Shown: positions 1 through 8,720 of the stretch, piece after piece
Position numbering within the stretch: the first letter of the stretch is position 1
How the letters are laid out: each line of letters starts with the position of its first letter
DNA from: Candidatus Brocadiia bacterium
GTDB lineage: Bacteria; Planctomycetota; Brocadiia; SM23-32
Assembly: GCA_046538485.1 (NCBI GenBank)
Contig: JBKHIT010000095.1
Location: 1 to 12,747, forward strand
Length of the DNA: 12,747 nucleotides
Direction: 5' to 3'
The notes under the pieces: model-generated
What the model was told of the DNA's origin: nothing
Database searches by the model: none
Seen by the model: only the letters and a program-made list of their open reading frames with translations
Made by a program: the position numbers and the translations under genes

Positions 1-90
1 TTTTATCAGGACTTTTCTTTGGTAAAACTACCCCTTAAAATGGCTGCTTTGCGGGCTTACCGACAGCACCAACGCTAAACACATACGATA

Positions 91-110
91 GAGCGGCTCA
101 TTTTCGGCCG
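91..110. repeat. 20-bp direct repeat, copy 1 (GAGCGGCTCATTTTCGGCCG); copy 2 at 8963-8982
   Basis: 19/20 identical to GAGCGGCTCATTTTCAGCCG at 8963-8982. It lies about 30 nt downstream of the stop codon of the LarA-family gene. Confidence 0.6.
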
Positions 111-142
111 ACTCCGGGGCCCGAATATACGTGTAATGCCCG

Positions 143-1417
143 TCAGCCCCCTTCAATCCGCGGAACGGTTCCGTCGCTGAGACGGAACAGGCTTTCCCCG
201 GCGTCCGGAACACAGAGAATCCCCTCGTTTTCGCGTCCCCTGAATTCCTCCGGATCGATTGTATCCGGGTCCATGTAGCCCAGGTTGACCTTCTCGCATC
301 GTTCCGGCGGTATGCGCGTGGCAAGCACAACATTGACCCGTGGTTTTTCCACCCCATCTTCGAACCTTCCGATGCCCTTCACATGGGTTGAATGGGCCAT
401 CACGGCGCGGGGCACGTCCCGGAACTGGTCCATCCGTTTCAGGAAATAGTCGCGCACGTGATATCCGATCCTGTCGAGCACTTTGCCGTGCGTGTACGAT
501 ATTTCGTCGATATGCGGCGCGTAAATAATTAGTTCCGCACCATCGGCCAGCACAGGTTCGAGCTTGTACATGCATTTCCCGGCGGTCCAGATATCATCAT
601 ACATCTCGGGAGCCATTGACAGCACCCGGTTGTACGTCCGGTCGACGTATTTAATATGCAGTTTTGACGAGAGGTCAGCCGCCTCGCTCCAGGCATCCTC
701 GGGGCTTCCTACAAACACACCGCTCAGACCTTCTTTCTCAACCACAAGGCTGAAACAAAGTTTGGGTAAATCAATCATCGAAGCCGCGCGGTCGATCACT
801 TTCCGCACCGGAGTCCATTTCGAACCGTTGATGACCGGATTCGTGATAACAGCCCCCAGCCAGTGGAAAAAGTGCAGCACACCTTCCCCGGCGATCCCCG
901 GGAAGAAATACTTATTACCACCCGAAAAACCCACAACTTCATGGGGAAACGTCGGGCCGATTATGAGCAGTTGGTCGTAGTCGAAGATATGACGGTTCAC
1001 CGAAACGCTGACCGATTCCCGCATGAGTCCGTCAGTAATCTCCTCGATCTCGTCTTCGCCGATTGTCCCGATTTCCCGCAATTCGCCGGGATCTTTCCAG
1101 CGGTGGTTCAGGATATCGACATCCGCATAAACCGTCTCTCTTTCCTCGGCACAGACTCCGACCCGGGCATTAACTTTTTCCTCAGGCATCGGCGGATGGG
1201 TGCCGAGGGCGATCATGTAATCGAGTTTTTCGACCCGCTCGGCAAGCATCTGGTGGAAAATGCGGAACAGAAACGGGATCGGCGCCGTGCGGGTGTGATC
1301 CGGGATAATGACCAGAACGCGTTTTCCGGTGAGATCATGCTCTTTGAAAGCCTCGGCACAGATTGCCCGCATCTCATCATCCGACAGATATCGCTGTTCG
1401 TATCCTTCGCCAATCAT
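143..1417 (-). CDS. LarA-family (DUF2088, lactate racemase domain) nickel-pincer-nucleotide-dependent 2-hydroxyacid racemase/epimerase, 424 aa
   Basis: Motifs PDHTRT, ALGTHPP, FPHEVVGFSGGNKYFFPGI, FFHW and WTAGK correspond to the LarA DHTR, GxH, PHxxAGFSGGRK, Ni-ligand His and YQxxK motifs. Start placed at ATG 1417 (not 1477) because of the SD AGAAGGAG and the TAATG overlap with the pdxB stop. Confidence 0.88.
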   Translation of the reverse strand: MIGEGYEQRYLSDDEMRAICAEAFKEHDLTGKRVLVIIPDHTRTAPIPFLFRIFHQMLAERVEKLDYMIALGTHPPMPEEKVNARVGVCAEERETVYADVDILNHRWKDPGELREIGTIGEDEIEEITDGLMRESVSVSVNRHIFDYDQLLIIGPTFPHEVVGFSGGNKYFFPGIAGEGVLHFFHWLGAVITNPVINGSKWTPVRKVIDRAASMIDLPKLCFSLVVEKEGLSGVFVGSPEDAWSEAADLSSKLHIKYVDRTYNRVLSMAPEMYDDIWTAGKCMYKLEPVLADGAELIIYAPHIDEISYTHGKVLDRIGYHVRDYFLKRMDQFRDVPRAVMAHSTHVKGIGRFEDGVEKPRVNVVLATRIPPERCEKVNLGYMDPDTIDPEEFRGRENEGILCVPDAGESLFRLSDGTVPRIEGG

Positions 1418-2568
1418 TATTTCTCCTTCTGCTGGAAACCAAGACCCAGCAGCTTGTCCTTTGTTTCTTCGGAGCACTCCTCAAATTTGAGTTGTGTGTT
1501 GTAGAACTCCCGCCTTACAGCATAATTTCGCCGCACGTTATCAAAATAATCGGCGCGTTCGTCCGGTTCCAAATCAAGCATTTCCCGCAATATGGCGTCA
1601 TCGTCTAAAATATTCCAGACGCGCTGGCAGGTTTGTTTCACAGTCTCTTCCGGCTCTCCGCCATCGCCCACAATAGTCTCCGGTAGATCGGGTGCAGGCA
1701 GCAGATTGCGGACTTTGGCAGAGGGATTAACACCCAGAAACTGGCAGGCCGCCTCGTAGATCATCTGCGTTCCCGCCGCTTTGCCATCGAGAGAATGCCC
1801 GGCGATGTGAGGGGTGCCGATATCGACCAGGCGCAGCAGTTCTGCGTCAATATCAGGTTCTCCGTCCCAGACGTCCAGCGCCGCGGCCGAAACTTCGCCA
1901 GAACGTAACGCTTCCACCAGCTCTTCTTCATCGACTACAGCTCCCCGGGAACTGTTGAGGAAAACGGCCCCCGGTTTCATCGCTCCGATGAAATTCCGAC
2001 CCACCATGTGATATGTCGCATCCTGACCTTCCCGGGTGAGAGGCACGTGAACCGTAACAAAATCACACCCCAGAGCTTCCTTGAGCGGACGGTATCGTGG
2101 CTCACGTGTCTTGCGTGCCAGTGGCGGGTCATTCTGAATAACTTTCATGCCGAGGGCCTTTGCTTTTTGGACCACCTGGCTGCCGACATTGCCGCATCCG
2201 ATCACACCCAGGCTACTACCTTCCAGATGGCGTCCCGCTCGCTGGGCAAGAACCAGAAGGGCCTCCGTGATGTATTCGGACACCGAATTTGCATTGCTGC
2301 CCGCAGCGTTCGCAAATTCGATTCCCCGGGAATCAAGATATTCTTTATCCACATGATCTGTCCCGATCGTGGCGGTGCCGACGAACCCAACCGTGGTATT
2401 CTCCAACAGCTGAGCATCGATCTTCTTGGTCGAACGACAGACCAGCACATCCGCATTTTCCAGATGCTTGCGCTCAAGCTCGCGTCCCACGTAAGTTTCA
2501 ACGGATCCGAGTTCGCCGAAAATTTCTTTGACGTAAGGCACATTCTGATCGGCAGCTATTCTGGGCAT
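1417..2568 (-). CDS. pdxB: 4-phosphoerythronate (erythronate-4-phosphate) dehydrogenase, 383 aa
   Basis: N-terminus RIAADQNVPY...DVLVCRS...FVGTATIGTDHVD, Rossmann GVIGCGNVG, VHVPLT, NSSRG, LDVWDGEP, TPHIAG and the PdxB-type C-terminal FDNVRRNYAVRREF. It is the C-terminal part of the 723-aa track ORF; the true start is ATG 2568. Confidence 0.92.
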   Translation of the reverse strand: MPRIAADQNVPYVKEIFGELGSVETYVGRELERKHLENADVLVCRSTKKIDAQLLENTTVGFVGTATIGTDHVDKEYLDSRGIEFANAAGSNANSVSEYITEALLVLAQRAGRHLEGSSLGVIGCGNVGSQVVQKAKALGMKVIQNDPPLARKTREPRYRPLKEALGCDFVTVHVPLTREGQDATYHMVGRNFIGAMKPGAVFLNSSRGAVVDEEELVEALRSGEVSAAALDVWDGEPDIDAELLRLVDIGTPHIAGHSLDGKAAGTQMIYEAACQFLGVNPSAKVRNLLPAPDLPETIVGDGGEPEETVKQTCQRVWNILDDDAILREMLDLEPDERADYFDNVRRNYAVRREFYNTQLKFEECSEETKDKLLGLGFQQKEK

Positions 2569-2625
2569 GACAATTCTTTCTGACAGGCGAAGTCGCCTCG
2601 GAGGTTCCAGCAAAACTGGCTGTAT

Positions 2626-2654
2626 TTTACACCGTCGGCTGTTTCTGCTAACAT
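2626..2654 (+). promoter_or_regulatory. Putative sigma-70 promoter of gnd (TTTACA-N17-TAACAT, extended -10 TG)
   Basis: -35 TTTACA at 2626-2631, 17-nt spacer, TG at 2646-2647, -10 TAACAT at 2649-2654, 46 nt before the gnd ATG. Confidence 0.55.
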
Positions 2655-2661
2655 TGTGCCA
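2646..2661 (-). promoter_or_regulatory. Candidate sigma-54 -24/-12 element facing pdxB (TGGCACAATGTTAGCA)
   Basis: One mismatch to TGGCAC-N5-TTGCW with correct GG-N10-GC spacing, 77 nt upstream of the pdxB start. Confidence 0.4.
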
Positions 2662-2700
2662 CACCACGGTCAAACAGTCAATTTCAGGAGGTAATTGCCG

Positions 2701-4116
2701 ATGGCTGAGCAAGATTATGGCATCATAGGAATGGCAGTGATGGGACAAAACCTCGCTCTCAACTGCGAGGATAAAGGATTCAGCGTGGCGGTCTATAACC
2801 GGACCACTTCCCGGATGAAAGAGTTCGTCGAGTCGAAGTGTCAGGACAAGGATATCATCGGCTGCGAAACAATTGAAGAGTTTATAGACTCGCTCGCACG
2901 CCCGCGGCGCGTCATGATTCTCGTCAAAGCCGGAGATCCCGTCGATAAGGTCATCGACCAGATCATGCCCCTGATGGACGAAGGCGATGTGATTATTGAT
3001 GGCGGCAACAGTTTCTTCAAAGACACCATTCGCCGCTCCGAAAAAGTCGAAGATGCCGGGATGCTCTATATCGGAACCGGAGTTAGTGGCGGCGAAGAAG
3101 GTGCTCTCCACGGTCCGAGTCTTATGCCCGGGGGCAGTAAAAAAGCATGGAATCTGATCGAACCGATCTTCACAAAAATCGCCGCGCAGGTTGAAGGAGA
3201 TCCCTGTTGCACCTATATCGCAGATAACGGCGGTGGACATTACGTGAAAATGGTCCATAACGGCATCGAATACGCCGACATGCAGCTGATCTGCGAATCC
3301 TACTACATCATGGCCAACGCCCTCGGGATGGAACCCGCCGAGTTGCACGAGGTCTTCAGCGAATGGAACGATGGCGATCTGGACAGTTATCTCATCGAAA
3401 TCACCGCCGATATTTTCTCCAAGATCGACCCCGCGACCGGCAAACCGCTGATCAACCTTATTCTCGATAAGGCAAAACAGAAAGGGACGGGCAAATGGAC
3501 CAGCCAGAGCGCCCTGGATCTGGGTATCCCCGCACCGACAATAGCCGAAGCCGTCTTCGCCCGATGTATCAGCGGCCAGAAAGAACAACGCGTCGCAGCC
3601 AGTAAACAGCTCACCGGACCCGAACCCGATGAACCGTCCATGCCCAAAGATGAGTTCATCGAATCCATCCGGAAAGCCCTTTACGCTTCAAAAGTCTGCG
3701 CGTACGCCCAGGGATTCGCACTCATGACCGAAGCCGCCAACGAATACGGTTGGGACCTGGATATGGGCAAAATTGCGATGATCTGGCGGGGTGGATGTAT
3801 CATCCGCGCCCAGTTCCTCCACCGGATCAAGGAAGCGTTCGACCGCGAACCGGACCTGGCGAATCTGCTGCTCGACCCCTATTTCAAAGATATCGTCGAG
3901 AGCGGACAGGACGCCTGGAGGAAAGTCATCCAGGAAGCCACCCGAATGGGCCTGCCGGTTCCGGCCTTCAGTTCGGCCTTAGCATATTTCGATAGCTACC
4001 GCCGCGAACGTCTCAGCGCAAACCTCATCCAGGCCCAGCGCGACTACTTCGGCGCACACACGTACGAACGTCTGGATAAAGACGGCAATTTCCATACGGA
4101 TTGGCCGAACGCCTGA
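2701..4116 (+). CDS. gndA: NADP-dependent 6-phosphogluconate dehydrogenase, decarboxylating, 471 aa
   Basis: GIIGMAVMGQNL, YNRT (NADP-type Arg), IIDGGN, GHYVKMVHNGIEY, QKGTGKWT, IWRGGCIIR, QRDYFGAHTY. SD AGGAGG at 2686-2691 precedes ATG 2701. Confidence 0.97.
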   Translation: MAEQDYGIIGMAVMGQNLALNCEDKGFSVAVYNRTTSRMKEFVESKCQDKDIIGCETIEEFIDSLARPRRVMILVKAGDPVDKVIDQIMPLMDEGDVIIDGGNSFFKDTIRRSEKVEDAGMLYIGTGVSGGEEGALHGPSLMPGGSKKAWNLIEPIFTKIAAQVEGDPCCTYIADNGGGHYVKMVHNGIEYADMQLICESYYIMANALGMEPAELHEVFSEWNDGDLDSYLIEITADIFSKIDPATGKPLINLILDKAKQKGTGKWTSQSALDLGIPAPTIAEAVFARCISGQKEQRVAASKQLTGPEPDEPSMPKDEFIESIRKALYASKVCAYAQGFALMTEAANEYGWDLDMGKIAMIWRGGCIIRAQFLHRIKEAFDREPDLANLLLDPYFKDIVESGQDAWRKVIQEATRMGLPVPAFSSALAYFDSYRRERLSANLIQAQRDYFGAHTYERLDKDGNFHTDWPNA

Positions 4117-4143
4117 GATAATCATTACATGCCCTGTGAACTG

Positions 4144-4180
4144 ACGGGACCGCCTGCAAATCCGGGCGGTCCCGTTTTTT
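4144..4180 (+). terminator. Rho-independent terminator of gnd
   Basis: 13-bp stem ACGGGACCGCCTG/CGGGCGGTCCCGT (one G-U), 6-nt loop, followed by a T tract, 27 nt after the stop. Confidence 0.88.
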
Positions 4181-4249
4181 GGTCATAAACATAAAGGGGA
4201 CTTTCAGCCCACTATCCCTCCCTGCGTCACTCTAACCCGGAGTCGTCGC

Positions 4250-4505
4250 GTTTTCGCACTTTCGGGACTTTCCAGGAGCGGACTGGACTTCAGCCGGAGG
4301 CTGGAGTTCAGAACGCGATCCGCAAGCCTGCCGGTTTTGCGGCAGAGCGCTGGCCCGGTGTTTGGCCAGCCCCGTTGCGGGGCTAACGACAAACGGCAGG
4401 TCCGGCTCGGCGACCCGGACCTACAGCTCTCGAGCATTTTTCGAAGTCGCAGCGTGGGTCACACGGACCAGAGGCAGAAAGGGACGGAAGGGACGTAAGA
4501 GACTC
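4250..4505 (+). repeat. Modular hairpin repeat element, copy A
   Basis: Shares ordered blocks with 11767-11971: GTTTTCGCA; ACTGGACTTCAGC-loop-GCTGGAGTTCAGAACGCG; a 36-nt ungapped diverged block; AACGACxAACGGC; GCTCTC; GTGGGT; 3x 9-mer AAG(G/A)GACNN. Confidence 0.8.
4398..4424 (-). repeat. GTAG-tagged REP-like palindrome nested in repeat copy A
   Basis: Minus strand reads GTAGGTCCGGGTCGCCGAGCCGGACCT, with a perfect 8-bp stem AGGTCCGG/CCGGACCT. It is absent from copy B and bounded by CAG direct repeats. Confidence 0.6.
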
Positions 4506-4530
4506 CGATTGCCCCACTCTCCTGCGAACC

Positions 4531-5280
4531 TCAATACGCGTAAAGCCGCCCGTAGGGCCGGGCCGTCACCGGCTGGAGTTTCACGAACTCATCCGGGGCA
4601 AACTGCAGATCGCCCATGCCGAACTCCTGGCTGAACCGTTTGATCTTCGTCTCCAAGGACTCCCAGTCCTCTTTATCAACCGGCTCGGATCCGACTTCCA
4701 CGGCTATCTGCCAGGGCTCGATTTTTCCCCGCACGTAAATCACACCCCCGTGCATACCGGTCCCGACGTACTCGCCGACAGGTCCGTTGCACCGCTGTCC
4801 GCCGGATTCGCTGTTGTCCAGTCCCAGAACCACAAGTGTGCCGCCGGCCATGTACTCCCCCAGGTAATCGCCAGCTTGCCCTCCAATTACGATCGAGGGA
4901 CTTCGATTCTCATACGCTTTCATATGGATTCCTGCCCGGTACCCCACATTCCCTTTCACGAAAAGTTCCCCTCCACGCATCGAATATCCCAGGACATCGC
5001 CGGCATTGCCGTGGATGACGACCCGTCCTGCGTTCATGGTATTCCCGACGGCATCCTGGGCATTCCCTTTGACGGTGAGCTCGGATCCATTCATAAATGC
5101 CGCCAGGTCGTTGCCCGGGATACCCTGGATAGTTAAACGCGAGCCACCGTTCAATCCTGCGCCGATGTAACGCTGTCCGAGGACCGACTCAAGCACGATA
5201 TCCGTCTCTCCCGCCTTGACGGCACGGTGAATTTCTTCGTTCAATGCTCGATATGATTTCTTCTGAGCTTCAATTTTCAT
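4531..5280 (-). CDS. Split glutamate synthase C-terminal GXGXG beta-helix subunit (GltB3 / FwdC-like), 249 aa
   Basis: GQRYIGAG, GIPGNDLAAFMNG, GNAQDAVGNTMNAG, GDYLGEYMAGG and VGTGMHGGVIYVRG repeats. ATGA overlap with the upstream gene. Confidence 0.9.
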   Translation of the reverse strand: MKIEAQKKSYRALNEEIHRAVKAGETDIVLESVLGQRYIGAGLNGGSRLTIQGIPGNDLAAFMNGSELTVKGNAQDAVGNTMNAGRVVIHGNAGDVLGYSMRGGELFVKGNVGYRAGIHMKAYENRSPSIVIGGQAGDYLGEYMAGGTLVVLGLDNSESGGQRCNGPVGEYVGTGMHGGVIYVRGKIEPWQIAVEVGSEPVDKEDWESLETKIKRFSQEFGMGDLQFAPDEFVKLQPVTARPYGRLYAY

Positions 5281-6566
5281 ACTTCGATTCCCAGACCTGA
5301 AACGACGTGTTTTCGGTAATCTTTTGGCAGTGAAACCAGCCCAAAGTCATCGGTTAAGAGGTGTTCTTTAAAATCAGACACGTCGACTTCCTCGCGGATC
5401 AAACCCGTCACAATTCCCGCGCGGTCAATGCAACCGATAAAAATCGCCCCTACCACGCGGTTATCTTTCAGGACGATCTTGCGGTAGGACTTGTCGGCTT
5501 CATCCGCAAGTTGCAGGATTTCGAACTCGTCCGATTCCGGGTTGGTTAGTCCGACGCTGATTGTTGGCAATCCGAAAACATCGACGGAGTTCATGGCCAG
5601 TCCCCCAGCGTAGTTTTCTTCCCCGCCCGCCATGTTGACTCCGGCAACGTGTCCCTGCCGGTGAGCATCGGGAAAGATCGGAAGAGTTCCGTATCCGTCA
5701 GAAAGCCGCTGCTGCGCTTCAGCGACATCTCCGGCGGCGTAGATGTCGGGGGCTGTCGTCCGCATCCGCCCGTCAACAATTATCCCGTCCCCAATCTTCA
5801 CACCGGCATTTTGAACGAGCCCGACATTCGGCCGCACACCGATGGCGAAAACAAGCAACTCGGATTTGACCGGTTCCCCGCCCTGCAATTCCACCCCGCT
5901 AATTCTGCCATTCTCCTGTTTGATCTTTCGAACCGTCGTTCCACAGCGCACATCGACTCCAGCGTCTCTCATCTGGTTTGCCGCAAGCCGGGAAGCCGGC
6001 CCATCGAATGTCGATCCCAGAACGCGGTCCGCGAGTTCAACAACCGTCGTTTGAATCCCCCGTTCGACCAGGGCTTCCATCGATTTCAAACCGATGAGTC
6101 CGGCCCCGACAGCCACCGCGCGTTCCACCGACCTGTTTTCGATCCAGCGATCTATCTCCCGGGCATCCTGCCAGGTAGTAAAAGTGAATACACCTTCCGC
6201 GTCAGTTCCCGCCAGCTCGGCCGGCACAATGGGGCTACCGCCGGTTGCGATGAGCAACTGGTCGTAGGACATGTTCTCACCGTTCTCGAGAGCCACGCTG
6301 TGTTCGTCCGAATCGACCTTTTTCGCTTCAACATTCAGAACAGGCTCGATCTGGTTTTTTTCACAGTAATTTTCGGGACAGTAGAACATATCGCCTTCCG
6401 CCACTTTCCCCGCCAGGAGATACGAAATGAGGGGCCGGGAATACGTATGGTGAGGTTCCCGGGACACCACGGTGATGGCGTTTTCGGAATCGTGTTCCCG
6501 AATTCCCCTCACGGCTCCGACAGCGGTCACGGAATTACCGATGATCAAATAGGGGCATGTTTTCAT
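5277..6566 (-). CDS. FAD-dependent NAD(P)H oxidoreductase (NirB N-terminal / rubredoxin-reductase-like), 429 aa
   Basis: IIGNSVTA (degenerate FAD motif), YSRP, LLIATGG, AVGAGLIG...VVELAD (acidic residue suggests NADH), AIGVRPN, IYAAGDVA. Start ATG 6566 lies 1 nt after the stop of the Fe-S gene. Confidence 0.9.
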   Translation of the reverse strand: MKTCPYLIIGNSVTAVGAVRGIREHDSENAITVVSREPHHTYSRPLISYLLAGKVAEGDMFYCPENYCEKNQIEPVLNVEAKKVDSDEHSVALENGENMSYDQLLIATGGSPIVPAELAGTDAEGVFTFTTWQDAREIDRWIENRSVERAVAVGAGLIGLKSMEALVERGIQTTVVELADRVLGSTFDGPASRLAANQMRDAGVDVRCGTTVRKIKQENGRISGVELQGGEPVKSELLVFAIGVRPNVGLVQNAGVKIGDGIIVDGRMRTTAPDIYAAGDVAEAQQRLSDGYGTLPIFPDAHRQGHVAGVNMAGGEENYAGGLAMNSVDVFGLPTISVGLTNPESDEFEILQLADEADKSYRKIVLKDNRVVGAIFIGCIDRAGIVTGLIREEVDVSDFKEHLLTDDFGLVSLPKDYRKHVVSGLGIEV

Positions 6567-6567
6567 T

Positions 6568-7002
6568 CTATTCTTCCAGCGAAATGGCTTCGTTCGGACA
6601 ATTGCGGACGCAGGCGGGTACATCATCGCCTCCGCACAAATCACACTTTGACGCAACACTTTCATCCTGCCCTCTGCGAACTGCACCGACGGGGCATACC
6701 ATGATACACATCCAGCATCCGACGCATTTTTCCTCGTCGCAGATTACCGCCCCCGTTTCCGGGTCACGGTGCATCGCACCGGTCATGCAGGCTTCGATGC
6801 AGGGCGCTGCTTCACAATGCCGGCACTGAAGAGCAAACGACACATAGCCGCACTGTTCCACCTGGACCCGTGAGACCAGTTCGTCCCTCTCATCCCGAAA
6901 GGCTTTGATGATCTTCTGCGATCGGGATTGTTCGACGAGACAGTGGATCTCACACAACCGGCATCCAATGCAGTATTCCTCGTGGGCAACAATACGTTTC
7001 AT
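6568..7002 (-). CDS. 4x[4Fe-4S] electron-transfer protein (CooF/DmsB/HydN-like), 144 aa
   Basis: 16 Cys in CIGCRLCEIHC, CRHCEAAPCIEAC, CVGCWMCIMVCP and KCDLC...PACVRNCP. SD GGAG lies 7 nt before ATG 7002; GTG 7008 is an alternative start. Confidence 0.92.
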   Translation of the reverse strand: MKRIVAHEEYCIGCRLCEIHCLVEQSRSQKIIKAFRDERDELVSRVQVEQCGYVSFALQCRHCEAAPCIEACMTGAMHRDPETGAVICDEEKCVGCWMCIMVCPVGAVRRGQDESVASKCDLCGGDDVPACVRNCPNEAISLEE

Positions 7003-7004
7003 TT

Positions 7005-8609
7005 TCACTCTCCAGCAGCTTTGACATCCAGAATGGACAGTTCGCGGTCGGTGAGGCCGACACCGCGCAGGTGTTCGCGGTTGCCGCGGAGGCTTTCCAC
7101 GGCGTTGATCCCCATCCCGCCCATCATTTCTTTCAATTCAAGCGACCACGCCCGCAGCAGGTTGACCAGCCGGCGGGTGGCTACATCCGGGTTGAGACGC
7201 CGGGTGAGGTAAGGATCTTGTGTCGCGATTCCCCAATTGCATTTGCCGGTGTAACATTTCTGGCAGAGGTGGCACCCCATCGCCACAAGGGCTGAAGTTG
7301 CGATGTAAACGGCGTCGGCTCCGAGAGCGATGGCTTTGGCCACATCGGCACTGCATCGGATTCCGCCGGCAACGACCACGGAGGCCTGGTTGCGGATTCC
7401 CTCTTCCCGCAGCCGGGAATCGACCGCAGCCAGTGCGAATTCAGTGGGCAAACCAACGTTGTTCCGGATCATCGTTGGTGCAGCCCCCGTGCCACCGCGG
7501 TACCCATCGATTGCCACGATGTCGGCACCGGCGCGCACAACCCCGCTCGCGATTGCGGCGACGTTATGCACCGCCGCGATTTTGACCGAGACGGGTTTCT
7601 GGTAGCGGGTCGATTCTTTGATCGCGCCGATCAATTGCCGCAGATCCTCGATCGAGTAAATGTCATGATGAGGAGCCGGTGACAGAGCGTCGGTCCCTTC
7701 TGGAATCATCCGTGTTCGCGAAACCGATTCGTCGACTTTTTCTCCCGGCAGATGGCCGCCGATACCGGGTTTGGCGCCCTGGCCGATCTTGATTTCAACA
7801 GCGGCACCCGCGTTGAGGTAATCCACATCAACCCCGAACCGGCCCGAGGCGACCTGCACAATCATGTTATCGGCGAAAGGGCGGATATCTTCGTGCAACC
7901 CCCCTTCCCCCGTATTGGCCATCGTGCCCACTTCCTGAGCCGCCCGGGCCAGCGCAAGGGAAGCATTGTAACTGATCGAACCGTACGACATCGCGCTGAA
8001 CATAATCGGCGTCTGAAGGGAGAGCTGCGGTCCCAGTTCGGTCGCGAGGGCCGGGTTCCCGTCTTCGTCGTATTCCAATTCCACCTCATCCGATTTCCTG
8101 CCGAGATGGGTCACCAGTTCCATCGGTTCCCGCAACGGATCGATCGACGGGTTTGTCACCTGGCTCGCGTTGAGCAACAACTTGTCCCAATAAATGGTCT
8201 CCTCCCGGTCATTCCCCATACCGGACAGCAGGACGCCGCCTGTTTCGGCCTGTTTGTAGATACTTCTCAGTGCATCCGCGTTCCAGTTACCATTTGGACG
8301 GAAATCCAGCTCCGATTTTTTTATTGAAATCGCATTCGTCGGACAGAGTGTAGCGCAACGATGGCAGCCGACGCACGTGCGGCTGTCGCTGTAAACTTGC
8401 TCGTGCTCCGGATCGTATTGATGCACGTCGTTTGCACATTGTCTCACGCAGACCTGACACTGAACACATTTGTCAGGATCTCGTTCAACCACAAAATCGG
8501 GCTCAATCAGCCATTTTTTGTGGCCGGTTCTCGGGGGATCATGCAGAGGATCGGGCTGTCGTTCGGGTGATTTTTGTTGGCCGGCCTGGTCAGTTTCTGT
8601 GGTGCTCAT
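7005..8609 (-). CDS. Split glutamate synthase FMN-binding subunit with N-terminal 2x[4Fe-4S] ferredoxin domain (GltB2), 534 aa
   Basis: CVQCQVCVRQC and CVGCHRCATLCP; SAMSYGSIS, NTGEGG, QVASGRFGV, EIKIGQGAKPGIGGHLPGEKV, SPAPHHDIYSIEDL, DGYRGGTGAAP, GCHLCQKCYTGKCNWGIATQD. SD AAGGAG lies 7 nt before ATG 8609. Confidence 0.95.
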   Translation of the reverse strand: MSTTETDQAGQQKSPERQPDPLHDPPRTGHKKWLIEPDFVVERDPDKCVQCQVCVRQCANDVHQYDPEHEQVYSDSRTCVGCHRCATLCPTNAISIKKSELDFRPNGNWNADALRSIYKQAETGGVLLSGMGNDREETIYWDKLLLNASQVTNPSIDPLREPMELVTHLGRKSDEVELEYDEDGNPALATELGPQLSLQTPIMFSAMSYGSISYNASLALARAAQEVGTMANTGEGGLHEDIRPFADNMIVQVASGRFGVDVDYLNAGAAVEIKIGQGAKPGIGGHLPGEKVDESVSRTRMIPEGTDALSPAPHHDIYSIEDLRQLIGAIKESTRYQKPVSVKIAAVHNVAAIASGVVRAGADIVAIDGYRGGTGAAPTMIRNNVGLPTEFALAAVDSRLREEGIRNQASVVVAGGIRCSADVAKAIALGADAVYIATSALVAMGCHLCQKCYTGKCNWGIATQDPYLTRRLNPDVATRRLVNLLRAWSLELKEMMGGMGINAVESLRGNREHLRGVGLTDRELSILDVKAAGE

Positions 8610-8720
8610 CTTGCGGCTCCTTCCTGGCCCGGATTTTGCGGATAATTGGAAGCTATTCTTGCCCAATCAGGTTCGAATCTTTATTGAAGACCGTCCATAA
8701 TCCTTCTCAGCCAGAATCCG

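Noticed and set aside
2569..3588. 340-codon N-terminal extension of pdxB in the 723-aa track ORF
   Set aside because: It is mostly the antisense shadow of gnd and happens to be in frame. PdxB similarity starts at MPRIAADQN (2568).
4204..4634. 77-aa and 90-aa ORFs between gnd and the GXGXG gene
   Set aside because: They are translations of the repeat element; RKGRKGRKR derives from the 9-mer tandem.
8681..8698. Mini-ORF MDGLQ before the FMN subunit as a Gln-sensing leader peptide
   Set aside because: The SD-like GAGAAGGA is only 2 nt from the ATG, it has a single Gln codon, and it lies downstream of the U tract it would need to control.
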